Under the pieces are notes generated by a model. The model had not been told where the DNA came from and ran no database searches. It was given only the letters and a program-made list of their open reading frames with translations. This document shows, piece by piece, positions 10,870 through 21,275 of a stretch of DNA of 64,000 nt (the stretch's first letter is position 1; every line of letters begins with the position of its first letter). The stretch spans positions 1 to 64,000 of the forward strand of contig MEDY01000027.1 in NCBI GenBank assembly GCA_001724265.1, written 5' to 3'. The position numbers were made by a program, and so were the translations under genes. This DNA is from Rhizaria sp. SCN 62-66. Lineage: Eukaryota.

Positions 10870-13293
10870 ATGCGCTCTTTTGTATTAACCACAGCACATG
10901 CTATTGGTCCACATGCTGCCCCCAGCGCGCACACCGTGCCGGCGCGGGCGTGCTCGTCTACGTCGTCCTCCTCTTCGTCGGCGGCGTCGTCCTCCAGCGC
11001 CCCGGCACTCAGCGTGCAGTGCCGCCACTCTGCGGCCCCTTGCACTCAGACCCGCGCGTCCTTGGTCGCGGCCCCCGCGAGCTTCAGCACCCTCGCGTCG
11101 CTGCCCTCGGCGGCGTCCGAGGCCGAGGCGGGCCTGCGGCCCGTGCGCGTCCGCTACGCGCCCTCCCCGACCGGCTCGCTGCACTTGGGCGGGCTGCGCA
11201 CAGCGCTGTACAACTATGTCTTCGCCAAGCGCTTTCCCGGCGGCAAGTGCATCCTGCGCATCGAGGACACGGACCAGACGCGGCTCGTCCCCGGCGCCGT
11301 GGAGCAGCTGCAGCGCGACCTCGCTTGGGCCGGGCTGCACTTCGACGAGGGCCCCGGTGCGTTGGGCGGCCCGCACGGGCCCTACGCGCAGTCGGAGCGG
11401 CTCCCGCTGTACGAGCGTGCGGCCGCGGAGCTTATGCGCGCGGGCCACGCGTACCGCTGCTTCTGCACGCCCGAGCGGCTCGAGACGGTGCGCGCGAACC
11501 AAATGAAGCGCGGCGCGGCGACGACGTACGACCGCCTCTGCGCTGGGCTCTCGCAGGACGAGTCGGACGCGCGCGCCGCCGCGGGGGACTCGTTTGTGGT
11601 GCGCATGAAGGTGCCCGACCGCGAGGCCGGCGTCACAGTGGTGCGCGACGAGGTCCGCGGCGAGGTGCGCTTCCTCAACAAGGTGATCGACGACCAGGTG
11701 TTGATGAAGTCTGACGGCTTCCCCACGTACCACCTGGCCAACATTGTGGACGACCACGACATGCGCATCACGCACGTTATCCGTGGCGAGGAGTGGCTAC
11801 CCAGCGCCGCCAAGCACGTGCTGCTGTACCAGATGTTCGGCTGGCCCGCGCCCGCCTTCGCGCATCTCCCGCTGCTGCTGCGGCCCGACGGGTCCAAGCT
11901 CTCCAAGCGCTACCGCGACTCGTCGCTCGACTACTACATGTCGCTGGGCTATCTCCGCGACGCCGTCGTCAACTTTGTCACCTTCCTCGGCTGGCACCCC
12001 GCCTCCGCCACTGCAGCCGCCTCCGCCGCGGAGACCGACACGACTGCTGCTGCCGCTGATGCCACCGATGCTGCTGGTCCTGCCCAGGCGCCGCTTGCGG
12101 CGGCCGCGGCCTCTGCGGCGGCGGGCGGCGCCGCGCTGAGCAAGACGGACATCGCCGCGCTGCGCGCCGCGCTCGGCGGCGACGGCGCTGCCGGTGGCAA
12201 AAAGAAGAAGGGCGCCGCTGCCTCCAGCAACGTCTCCGCTGCTCCTGTTGCTGCCGCAGCCGCTGCATCAGCCTCGACCGCCGTTGCTGTTGCTGCCGCG
12301 GGCGCGGGCTCTCTGTTCTCCGCGTCCGCGTCTGCGCAGGCGGAGGAGCTGAGCATCGCAGCGACGGTGCCGCTCTTCTCACTTGCGCAGGTTCAGCGCT
12401 CCGGCGCCACGGTCTCGCTCGACAAGCTCCAGTGGTTCCACAACCACTACTGGAAGAAGGCGCTGTCGTCGCCCGAGGGCGTGGCCGTGCTCTCCGCGGA
12501 CGCGCTGCCCTACGTCGCCGAGCAGCTCGACGCCTTCGCGGCCGCCGCGGCCGCCGCGGGGGGCGCGCCCGTCGCGCTGCCCGCCTCGCCTCACCAGCCC
12601 GTCGCCTCCGCCTCGGACTCTTCCGCTCCGGCCTCCTCTGAGGCCGCTGCTGCGCCTGCTGCTGTTGCGCCTGGGGCGGCGGCTGCACCGGTGTTCTTCT
12701 ACCCGGCGCTGACGCGGGACCCCCGCAGCGACGAGGCGGCACTGGCGCTGGCGCTCAAGACCACCCGTGACCACCCGTGCCTGCTGGCCGAGTTCCCCGC
12801 CGCGGCCTTCTTCGCGTGGGCGCGCCCGCACCTGGCCGACCCGCGCGCGCGCGCCTGCCGAGACAGCTTCTGGATCTCGGATGCCGTCGCCGCCGCCGCC
12901 GCGGTCGTCGCGGGCGCTGCGCCCGACGCCGCCGCTGCCTCTGCTTCTGCCTCTGCTGCTGCGCCTGCTGCGCGCGGGAAGAAGCGCGGCGGCGCGGGCG
13001 GCAAGGTCGTCGCGACGCGCGCGGTGCTTGCGGCGGCGCGCGCGCTCATCGCGAGCCTGCCCGAGGCCGTCTTCAGCGGCTTCGACGTCGAGCGCCTCGT
13101 CGGCGAGCTCAAGGCGCTGGCCGCCGCGCAGGGCGTGCCGCTCAAGGAGGTCTACCTGCCGCTGCGCTTCGCGCTCTCGGGCGGCCTCGCGGGGCCCGGC
13201 GTCGCGGACCAGCTCTGCGCTGTCGGGCAGGCCGAGGCGCTGGTGCGCGTACAGGCGGCCATCGATCTTCCCGACGAGGCGTCCGCGCAGTGA
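10870..13293 (+). CDS. EARS2: Bacterial-type (probably mitochondrial) glutamyl-tRNA synthetase with N-terminal presequence (~807 aa)
   Basis: VRVRYAPSPTGSLHLGGLRTALYNY (HIGH region), ILRIEDTDQTR, AYRCFCT, KSDGFPTYHLANIVDDHDMRITHVIRGEEW, KLSKR (KMSKS equivalent), YLPLRFALSG. Ser/Ala/Arg-rich leader from ATG 10870. Stop TGA. Confidence 0.95.
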   Translation: MRSFVLTTAHAIGPHAAPSAHTVPARACSSTSSSSSSAASSSSAPALSVQCRHSAAPCTQTRASLVAAPASFSTLASLPSAASEAEAGLRPVRVRYAPSPTGSLHLGGLRTALYNYVFAKRFPGGKCILRIEDTDQTRLVPGAVEQLQRDLAWAGLHFDEGPGALGGPHGPYAQSERLPLYERAAAELMRAGHAYRCFCTPERLETVRANQMKRGAATTYDRLCAGLSQDESDARAAAGDSFVVRMKVPDREAGVTVVRDEVRGEVRFLNKVIDDQVLMKSDGFPTYHLANIVDDHDMRITHVIRGEEWLPSAAKHVLLYQMFGWPAPAFAHLPLLLRPDGSKLSKRYRDSSLDYYMSLGYLRDAVVNFVTFLGWHPASATAAASAAETDTTAAAADATDAAGPAQAPLAAAAASAAAGGAALSKTDIAALRAALGGDGAAGGKKKKGAAASSNVSAAPVAAAAAASASTAVAVAAAGAGSLFSASASAQAEELSIAATVPLFSLAQVQRSGATVSLDKLQWFHNHYWKKALSSPEGVAVLSADALPYVAEQLDAFAAAAAAAGGAPVALPASPHQPVASASDSSAPASSEAAAAPAAVAPGAAAAPVFFYPALTRDPRSDEAALALALKTTRDHPCLLAEFPAAAFFAWARPHLADPRARACRDSFWISDAVAAAAAVVAGAAPDAAAASASASAAAPAARGKKRGGAGGKVVATRAVLAAARALIASLPEAVFSGFDVERLVGELKALAAAQGVPLKEVYLPLRFALSGGLAGPGVADQLCAVGQAEALVRVQAAIDLPDEASAQ

Positions 13294-14786
13294 GAACGCG
13301 CTGGGCGCTCGTTAAAACACATGTTAAGTTGGAAGTGTGGATGTATTTATTGCGTTGGCTGGCAGAAGATGCTCGTGAACGTATTTTTTGTGACAACAGA
13401 TTTGTGATGCATTGTCAAATGACAATAATAAAATGAAGCAAATGGAAGTGTGAGTGTATATTTATTACATAAAATGGGGTCCGGAACTACACTCGGGTGA
13501 GCGGGATAGGGAAGAAAAAGAAGAATGAACAGCAAAAGGGACTACTAGTACAGCGATTAACTCGAAACTACGGTTGATAAAGCAAGCGGTCACGAGGTCT
13601 GCACTGCGTATCACGGGGGCGATAGTTACATTTGCACAAGCACAAAACTCAAGCTCGAACAGAACGGCGTTGCACTTAACAGGGCGCGGCGCAGTGATGT
13701 TCTTGTAAGAAATCAAAAAGTGTACAATATAAAACAACAACGAAGACAGTCAGAAAATGAAAGATGAAAAACAAAACAGAAAAGGAAACACAAGAGCAGA
13801 TCAACAAAAAGGGTCCCTCCAAGTCAAGTAAGAAACCAGCGGAGATCGGGTCAGGGGCACTGATAAGAGACCCTCTGACAATGGCGTGACAACAGCAACG
13901 CAAGAATCAAAGACTACGAGTGACTAAAGAACCCTGAAATATGCTAAAGAAAAATGGATTCTGCAGTTAGTGTCGATGAACGGGGTTAAACTGAACTGGA
14001 CTGAACTGAACGGGGGAGTAACTTGGACGAAGCGAAGACAAATTAACGAGAAAAGTAGAGGGGGGACGAAACTACCAACATTCGGCAGAGACGCCACAAC
14101 GGGCGCGTCACAGCACGATACAGCAGAACACAGAAAAGTACAACACAGCGCACCAGATCGAGCACAGTGCAATACACAACTGCACGGACGCGCGATTGTC
14201 CCCCAAGGTCGGATGACTAGCCAAAAGGCTCTCAGTCCGCCAAACAGCGATGAGACAATACCAGCACGACTGTACATGCGAGAACAGTGTAATCATTGAG
14301 TGCATAAGCAGGAAGTGATACAGACGACCAAATCAGTGGCAGTATTGTACACAGAAAAAGAAGAGAGAGAACTGGGGCGGTTGGTGTGTACGTGTAATGC
14401 TGTACGGAGCTTAGAATTTGTAAGGAGCAAATAGATCTAGGCAATAAAACACATCAAATTGAACACAGCTAGTGCAGTGAGAGTTTTGGAACAATGTAAA
14501 ACACAACAAGATGGGGAAAAAGCAAAACAAAAAGTGTCAAAACGGCGCACTCGACAAAAACAAAAAATAAAAACCAAGACACAGAATCACACAATGAAAA
14601 ACAAAATTGATGAAAAGAAACCGAGAACAAAACAACGCGCTTTGTGCGTAGTTTTTGTCGTTGATTGATGTGCTTTTCATTCGACAACACGTTCGCTCAG
14701 TACAAAGGCCAACGCTCCAGTTGCAGGGAACGGTGCAGCGACAAGATGTGCTGCACCTATAATAGTGCTGCAAAGGCCCTTCTCCC

Positions 14787-17375
14787 TCACTGTTGGGCGA
14801 CGGGGCGGAAGTAGAGCGTGCACTTAAAGTCGTCGGGGAAGTGCTCGCATGCCTTGTCCTTGAGCGCGCCGTCGAGCTCGCTCTTGGTGATCTCGAGCTG
14901 GCGCGTGCGCGAGCCGGCCAGGAAGGCCGAGTGGAGCCAGAAGTGGAACATTTTCTCGTCGCGCAGCGTCGCGTTGTTGTAAAACGTCACCTTGAACTCG
15001 CCGGGCGCCTGGAACGAGCACGTGAGCTCACGCCGCATCTCAGGCGCCGCCCAGCGCACCAGCTTGCCGCCGGACTTGCGGTGGTCGTACAGCACTGCGC
15101 CCTGCATGTTGGTGACAATGAAGTAGGGCGTGCAGCCCTCCTGGCGGTCGAATCTAGCCGGCGGCTCGACTGCGATACCCGTCACGGCAACAGGTGCGCC
15201 GGAAAAGGGGAAGGCGGAAACGAGGTTCGCGTGGTAGTAGTGGCGCAGGAACTGGTCGAAGTAGTGCACAAAGCGCTGCTGCGACGGAATCGTCACGCCC
15301 TTGCGGTTGCTCGTGCGTTTATATCCGTAGTACTGCAGCGCTTCGGCCGCCGTGTTAAAGGCTTGCGTGAAAAGCAGCAGCGCGGAGACCATGAGCCCCG
15401 TGCGGCCCTTGCCGGCCTTGCAGTGCACGGCCACCACGTTCCTCGGGTCCTCGGCCATGAAGGTCGCGGCGTCGCGGCAGAACTGGTACAGCATCGACAG
15501 AGGGCACGGGTTGTGGTCGTCGAACGGGTACTGTGCGCACCGCTCGAAGTGGTCCGCCGTGTACGAGCGCTCCGAGCAGAGGTTGTAGACCTTGTAGTGG
15601 CCCGCGTGGTACTTGGACATGAAGTCCTGCACATACTTCATGCGGTTGCGGTAAGCCGCCTCGATGCCGTCGGACGGGAAGCCCATCGCGATGATCGAAG
15701 GCGTGATGTATGTCAGGTCCAGGTCAAAGCCGTCCTTCTGGTAGCGCAGCTTCTTCTTCGACACCAGCCGGCGCGCAATGTTGGCCATGGTCATGCGCGC
15801 CTTGCCGCCCTGCTCCTCGCCGTCAGATTCATCGCGTTCCGACAAAACGCTCGGCGGCTCGGGAGGCGCGTCCTCGTCGTCAGAGTCCGGCGGCGGCGGC
15901 GGCGGTGGAACGTCCCCGTCGTGGGCGCCTCCGTCGACGAACGACGCCGAGTTAGTGCTCGACACGGTGCCCGCCGAGTAGCCGTCGTCGTCGTCGTCGT
16001 CAACGTCGTCTTCGTAGCCGTCGTCGTCACGCCAGCCGGCCTCAAACGCGGGCGCGTTTGTGCGCACGCGGCCGCGGATCGTGTTGCAGTTGTAAGCGCC
16101 GCCGGGAACGTTGGAGCTGGCGGGCGACTGGGAGCCCGCGCCGCCAGCGGTGACCGGGGAGAAGACTGAGGTGAGGCGCGTCGTGCCCGCAGCGGGGGCG
16201 TCGCGTATGGTGGGACTGGAAATGGTCATCGGGGCCGCCGAAGGGGACGCCGCGTTGGAGATGGCAAAGGCCGCGGCCGAGAGGGCCTCGCGTGAGGCGC
16301 CCTTGTTCGAGTGCCAGGCGTCCCAGGCGGCGTCCTGGATGTCGAACTCGAGCGTACACACGAAGTCCTTGGGGAAGTGCTTACAGGACTTGTCCTTGAC
16401 GGCACCGTCGAGCGAGTCCTTGGTGAGCACAAGCACGGGCTCGGTGATCATCGACGTCTGGATCCACACAGAGAACATCTTGTCATCAGAGCCAAACTGG
16501 TCCCAATCCATGAACGTCAACTGCACCTCGCCGGAGATCTCGTAGTTAACGGAGCACACGTAGGGCACGCCGCCATCCCAGTGTTTGTGCGTGCTCTTGG
16601 CGCGCTTGTCAGTCCACGAGTTATAGAGCTCGACTGACTTGGAGCCCATCTTGCGGATCACGACGTAAGGGTCGCAGCCGCCGCCGGTGTCGAAGTCGGC
16701 GCGCGGCTCCAGCGTGAAGGCGCGCAGACGGATCTTACGGTCCACCGTCGGCAGCATGAGTCCGGGCCGCACGTAGCGCTGCAGGTACTCGGCGTAGTGC
16801 ACCACCCAACGCTGTTGCGAGGGGATCGTGACGCCCTTGGAGTTGGATGTGCGCATCATGCCGTAAAAGGCCAGCGCGCGCCACGCCGCGGCCTCGCCCT
16901 CGTAGCCCACGGTGGAGTCGTGGCCCAGGCGGCAGAGCAGCGCGGAGATCATGAGCCCCGTGCGGCCCTTGCCGGCCTTGCAGTGAACTGCGATGACGTT
17001 GCGCTCGTCGGCCGCCAGGAAGGCCGCAGCGTCGTTGCAGAAGTCGAGCACCATGCGGAACGGGCACGGATTGTGGTCGTCGAACGGGTAGCGAGCGCAC
17101 GCGCCCGGATCGAAGCGGTCCGACGGGTACGCGCGCTCCGAACACAGGTTGTAGATCTTGTAGTGCCGCGGGTGCTTGCGCGAGAAAAAGGTCTGCACGT
17201 GCATCATATCGTTGCGGTACGCCGCCTCCACGCCTTCCGCAGGGAAGCCCATGGCGATGATGCGCGACGTGATGTACGTCAGGTCCAGGTCGAAGCCGTC
17301 CTTCTGATAGCGGTGCTTCTTCTTCGAGACGAGCCCGCGGATGCCCTGCGTGGCCTTGCGCAGGAATTTCGGCAT
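14787..17375 (-). CDS. PTEN: Tandem double PTEN (phosphatase+C2)x2 portion, 862 aa; minimal product if TAG is a true stop
   Basis: Both copies keep the PTEN signature HCKAGKGRTG, YNLCSER, YPFDDHNP and DxKMFxxW/LDGAxKDK C2 motifs. Confidence 0.93.
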   Translation of the reverse strand: MPKFLRKATQGIRGLVSKKKHRYQKDGFDLDLTYITSRIIAMGFPAEGVEAAYRNDMMHVQTFFSRKHPRHYKIYNLCSERAYPSDRFDPGACARYPFDDHNPCPFRMVLDFCNDAAAFLAADERNVIAVHCKAGKGRTGLMISALLCRLGHDSTVGYEGEAAAWRALAFYGMMRTSNSKGVTIPSQQRWVVHYAEYLQRYVRPGLMLPTVDRKIRLRAFTLEPRADFDTGGGCDPYVVIRKMGSKSVELYNSWTDKRAKSTHKHWDGGVPYVCSVNYEISGEVQLTFMDWDQFGSDDKMFSVWIQTSMITEPVLVLTKDSLDGAVKDKSCKHFPKDFVCTLEFDIQDAAWDAWHSNKGASREALSAAAFAISNAASPSAAPMTISSPTIRDAPAAGTTRLTSVFSPVTAGGAGSQSPASSNVPGGAYNCNTIRGRVRTNAPAFEAGWRDDDGYEDDVDDDDDDGYSAGTVSSTNSASFVDGGAHDGDVPPPPPPPDSDDEDAPPEPPSVLSERDESDGEEQGGKARMTMANIARRLVSKKKLRYQKDGFDLDLTYITPSIIAMGFPSDGIEAAYRNRMKYVQDFMSKYHAGHYKVYNLCSERSYTADHFERCAQYPFDDHNPCPLSMLYQFCRDAATFMAEDPRNVVAVHCKAGKGRTGLMVSALLLFTQAFNTAAEALQYYGYKRTSNRKGVTIPSQQRFVHYFDQFLRHYYHANLVSAFPFSGAPVAVTGIAVEPPARFDRQEGCTPYFIVTNMQGAVLYDHRKSGGKLVRWAAPEMRRELTCSFQAPGEFKVTFYNNATLRDEKMFHFWLHSAFLAGSRTRQLEITKSELDGALKDKACEHFPDDFKCTLYFRPVAQQ

Positions 17376-19353
17376 CGTGCTGCTGCGGCCGGCGTCCTCG
17401 TCTTCGTCGTCCTAACTGTAGTCGTCGTCCTCCTCGTCGAACTCGTCGGTGTCGACCGCTCTACCGGCCCGCTGCAGCGACGAAGACGACGCCGCAGCCC
17501 CACCCGCCAGACTCTGCGCGCCCGTGGGGGGACCGTACTGCGCGGCGGCTGCGGCGGCTGACGGCGTGGGTGGCGCGAGCGGCGCGGGCACGGGGCGACG
17601 CGCAGGCACCGCGGGCACCGCGGCGGCAGGCGCACGCGACTGGGGCAGCACGTCGTCGGCGTCGTCAGCACCGAAGGGCGGCGGCGGCGGGGGCTCCTCG
17701 GCGTCCGCGCCGGACGCCGGCGGCGGCGGGGGCACGGAGGCGGGCTCGGGCGGGTACGCCGCGGGCTCCGGTGCCGAAAAAAACTGCGAGCGCGCCGCAG
17801 TGGACGCGGTGGCGGCGGTAGCAGCGGAGGAGTTGTTCGAGGTCGACTCGCGGCTCGACGGGGGTGACGGCGAGGGCTACGGCGTCGCGCCCCCGCTGCC
17901 CGAGGGCGAGCGGAAGAAGACCGAGGTGGTGCGCGCGGGCGGTACCAGCGCATTGGGCGTCATCGGCACGACGAACGAGGCGCGCGAGGAGCCCGACATC
18001 GGCGACAGGGGGTTGTGGTAGCCGTCGCCCTTGCCGGTTCCGTACGACGCCGCGGGCTGCACCGAGAACGGCGCGAATGTGTCCGAGAGCTGGTGCGACG
18101 CGCTGGGCGTGCGGCGTGCGGTTTCTGCGTTGTGGCTGGTGAGGGGCGAGACGTTGTAGAAGGACTCGGCGCGGTGCGTGTTGGCGAGCAGTGTATTGTT
18201 GAGCAGCACTCTACCCTCGGTCGGCGGCGGCACGCCCGTGGTGGCGAGCGCGTTGCTGTAGGCCTGGCGCGTGGCGTCGATGCGCGCGCGCAGCCCAGTG
18301 AGCGAGGCGTAGTTGCCCTGCAGCACGACGGGGCGCGAGCTGGTGCGGGAGATGATCTCGAGGCGCGGCTGTGGGTCGGGCGTCACCGTCACCGACTCGA
18401 TCTCGTCGACCAGAATCGCGCCAGACGCGAAACCCAACTCGCGGTTCTTTATGGGGTCGTAGTAGAGCAGCACGTCCGGGTGCAGCACGAAGAAGCGCTC
18501 CTGCCACAGGGGCACCAGCTTGCTGCTCTTGGGCGAAAGCTTCTTGAAGACCCCCGAGCACACTTCGATGCGGTCGGCCGCGCGCAGCGACGTCGACGGC
18601 GGCGGCAGCTCCGTCGAAGTCTCGCGCTGACGGATGCGGTGTCGCGCCTCGAGCGCAATCGCGGTAATGTTGTCGAGGAACTTGCCGCGGTAGAGCTCGG
18701 GCGCCTTGTCAAGCGCGGCGCCGCGGGCAGAGTTAGTCTGCACCAGCGGCTGCAGCGCCGCGACCCAGGTGTCGAGCGCGCCGGACACGGATGTCGAGAA
18801 TTCAAATGATGTGTTGTCGCTGGAGCCGGAGGCGGTAATTTTGAAAGAGGAGCTGCTGCGTTCGACGGCCGAGATTGTGTCAATGGGGATGAGACACTCC
18901 GGCTTTGGGTCATTCTCCTTCTCGAAGATCGCCAAGACGTCCTCGTACAGAGCAACGAACTTTTTCGTCGACACGAAGACAACCTTCTTCAAGGATAGCG
19001 TCCCGCTATGAGACGGCACATTCTATGGGCATATCAGAAACAAAAGTCAGGCAAAAGGAAATTAGCGTCACCGAAGAAGACTTGGAGGGTTTGGGACTCT
19101 CACGTGGACCATGCAAAAAGTCGCACCGCACAGGGATATTATGGCTGTCAGTGTGTCGGAGCAATGACATATCGTTACAAAGAATATAAACACATCATAG
19201 AAATCGCTCGGCACATCCATCAGATAATACTCAACACTCAGAAAAGAAGATAAAACGCAGTCTGGTCGGTGAATGGTGGGGGGCGCAGAAGATAGTTTCA
19301 GCGAAGAATAGAAGAGCAACGGGGGGTCGTACCTCGGAGAGAAAGGCAAACAT
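14787..19353 (-). CDS. PH-PH-PTEN-PTEN protein (~1418 codons if the in-frame TAGs at 17877-17879 and 17412-17414 are read as sense; exons 19353-19333, 19022-14787)
   Basis: Track ORFs 17877-19019, 17412-17735 and 14787-17375 share one frame and are separated only by single TAG codons. PH-like motifs HSGTLSLKK...DTWVAALQ and CSGVFKKLS..WQERFFVL..LLYY. Two PTEN units, each LVSKKKxRYQKDGFDLDLTYIT...HCKAGKGRTG...GVTIPSQQR plus C2. First exon MFAFLSE inferred from GTACGA(19332)...CCCATAG(19023). Stop TGA. Confidence 0.7.
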
Positions 19354-19775
19354 GGAGTAAAAGAAAGTATTCTCACGAAAACACAAGTTGGCGCAAGTGT
19401 TGACGATGTACTTAAGCTCGCAAGGGGCGAGAAAGCAACTCCCAGTTCGCTGTGTCTCGTCGTCAGCCTCGGAGACTTTTTTCGGCCCCCGCAGGCCGCC
19501 TAGGCCCAACCTAATCTGCATAATGATGACGCGTTTCTCCGGAACGAAGCTTTGAAGGCCACAACGTCGTCGCATTGAATTAAAAATATCACGATGGTGA
19601 AATGAAGAGTTTGTTTATTATATTACAGCACTAAATGTGACCCACCGAAGCCTCCTCAGACTCCGTTGGTCGTGACAATTATTGAAGTTAAAGGTTGGGG
19701 TTTATGTTGATAGCGTCGCACGCTCGTGCAGAAGGCGGATGTGCCTCCTCTTGCAGTCAGTCCAAAGCGACGCGC

Positions 19776-21275
19776 TTACTCAAGGAGCGCGGCGTACTCC
19801 TGGTTGGAGACGGAGTGCTCGGACTTGACGACGTCGGCGACGGGGAGCCCGGTCAGGACACTGGGCTTGCCGTCTGGCATGACGCCGACGAGGAACTTGG
19901 TCTGCGCCACCACGAAGCCCTTCTTCTCCGACAGCACGGGGAACGGCTCCAGCGCGCCGGTGCGCTCGCACTCAAGCACGCCGAGGCGCGCAAACTTGGG
20001 GTTGCAGGCCGTGAGCGCGAAGGGGAAGTGGGGGAACGAGTGGTCGACCTCGTTCTTGAGCAGGCGCGCAGAGTTGACCTTGAGCGACGGACGCAGGTTG
20101 GACTTCTTGTACACGGTGGTGCGCTCCTCAGAGCGGCGGGGGCGACCCTCACCGGTGGACATAACGATGTCAAGCGCATAGACCTCGCCCGCGGCGAAGG
20201 TGCACTCCTTGCCCTTGTGCTCGGCGTCCTCCTTGTTGAGGATCGTCTTCTCGCCGTCGATGAGGTTGCGCTCGATGTTGTGCGAGAGCACGCCCAGCAC
20301 GGGGGTCACCTTGTAGTCGGCAGCAATCGCGGCGATGGCGGCGGTGATCACGGTGTTGGTGGCACCCGCGGTGAGCAGCTTGGCGGCGACGCGCGCGGCC
20401 TTGTCGGCGGCGAGCACGGCGTTGGCAGCGGGGCCAGTCACGTCCTTGGCCTCGGTCTGCGCGAAGAAGGTGTGGGCGACGACGGCGAGGTAGCCGTCGA
20501 TATGGACACCAAGGTCGATCTTGACGAGGTCATTCTCGGCGATCTGCACGGTGTGCTCGGTGAAGGGCGAGACGTGGCCAACGAGGCCGTTGAGCGAGCA
20601 GCACACGGGGAAGCCGATGCCCTTTGTCATCTTCTCGTCATCAGTGAAGTGCGCCTTGACGGACTCATTGATGAAGGCGTCGGCCTTGGAAGTCACGTCG
20701 TACACGCGGGTGCCAGGCACGCAGAGGGCCATAGCCATCTTGAGGGTCGCCTGGGCGATCTCAGCGGCTATAAAGTGATGTGCAGCAAGATGAGCAAACA
20801 GTCGTAAGGGAGAAAATGACAGGTCGTGAGAAGAAAATTCGGTCGTGGCTGCCGATAACTAGCTTGTCGCAATACATGACAACGTGCGGATTGACATGAC
20901 ATAAAGGAATAGTTAATGATATGACATACCAATGGTGTACTTCTTGACGGCATCCTCACTGTGGAGGTCCTCAACAGGCTAGGCGAATATAGGGATGTCA
21001 AAAAGAAGATATAGAGAGATCAATGTGAGGCATCACGCGCGTTTCATCACAGATCCTGTAATACCAAGAGACATAGTAGTACGTCAAAAGAGTGGCATGC
21101 GAAAAGAACACAAGACCAATGCGCTGGAGATGCCTGGAAAATGGGTCTGCGGATCAGTAGTCAGAAGATAGCTTGTCTCTTTCAAGACGTGCTAGAGAGT
21201 CCTAGCAGCAGGCATACAAGAAGTGAAGATATGGAGTTGATAGCGTACCTTAGCAGCGACCTTAGTCTCAGACAT
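19776..21275 (-). CDS. PA2G4: Proliferation-associated protein 2G4/Ebp1, MetAP-like fold (355 aa; exons 21275-21249, 20978-20930, 20767-19776)
   Basis: KKYTIAAEIA, KGIGFPVCCSLN, DLVKIDLGVHIDGY, GVLSH, GEVYALDIVMSTGEG, FPF, ARLGVLEC, VVAQTKF. Introns GTACGC...CCTAG and GTATGT...TATAG restore the frame. Stop TAA. Confidence 0.95.

Noticed and set aside
17412-17879. Pyrrolysine or selenocysteine insertion at the internal stops
   Set aside because: Sec uses UGA, and pyrrolysine is not known in eukaryotes. The sites lie in a disordered linker rather than an active site, and no pyl genes are present in the window.
17412-17880. A single GT...AG intron (GTAGCC at 17880 to GTTAG at 17412) removing both TAGs
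   Set aside because: It would be 469 nt and shift the frame relative to PTEN, and the alternative acceptor TACAG leaves a TAG in frame. The donor does not match GTAYG, and the segment is GC-rich and coding-like, unlike all other introns here.
21044-21050. Box C-like GTGATGA in PA2G4 intron 1 (possible intronic snoRNA)
   Set aside because: No downstream CTGA box D or terminal stem before the acceptor.
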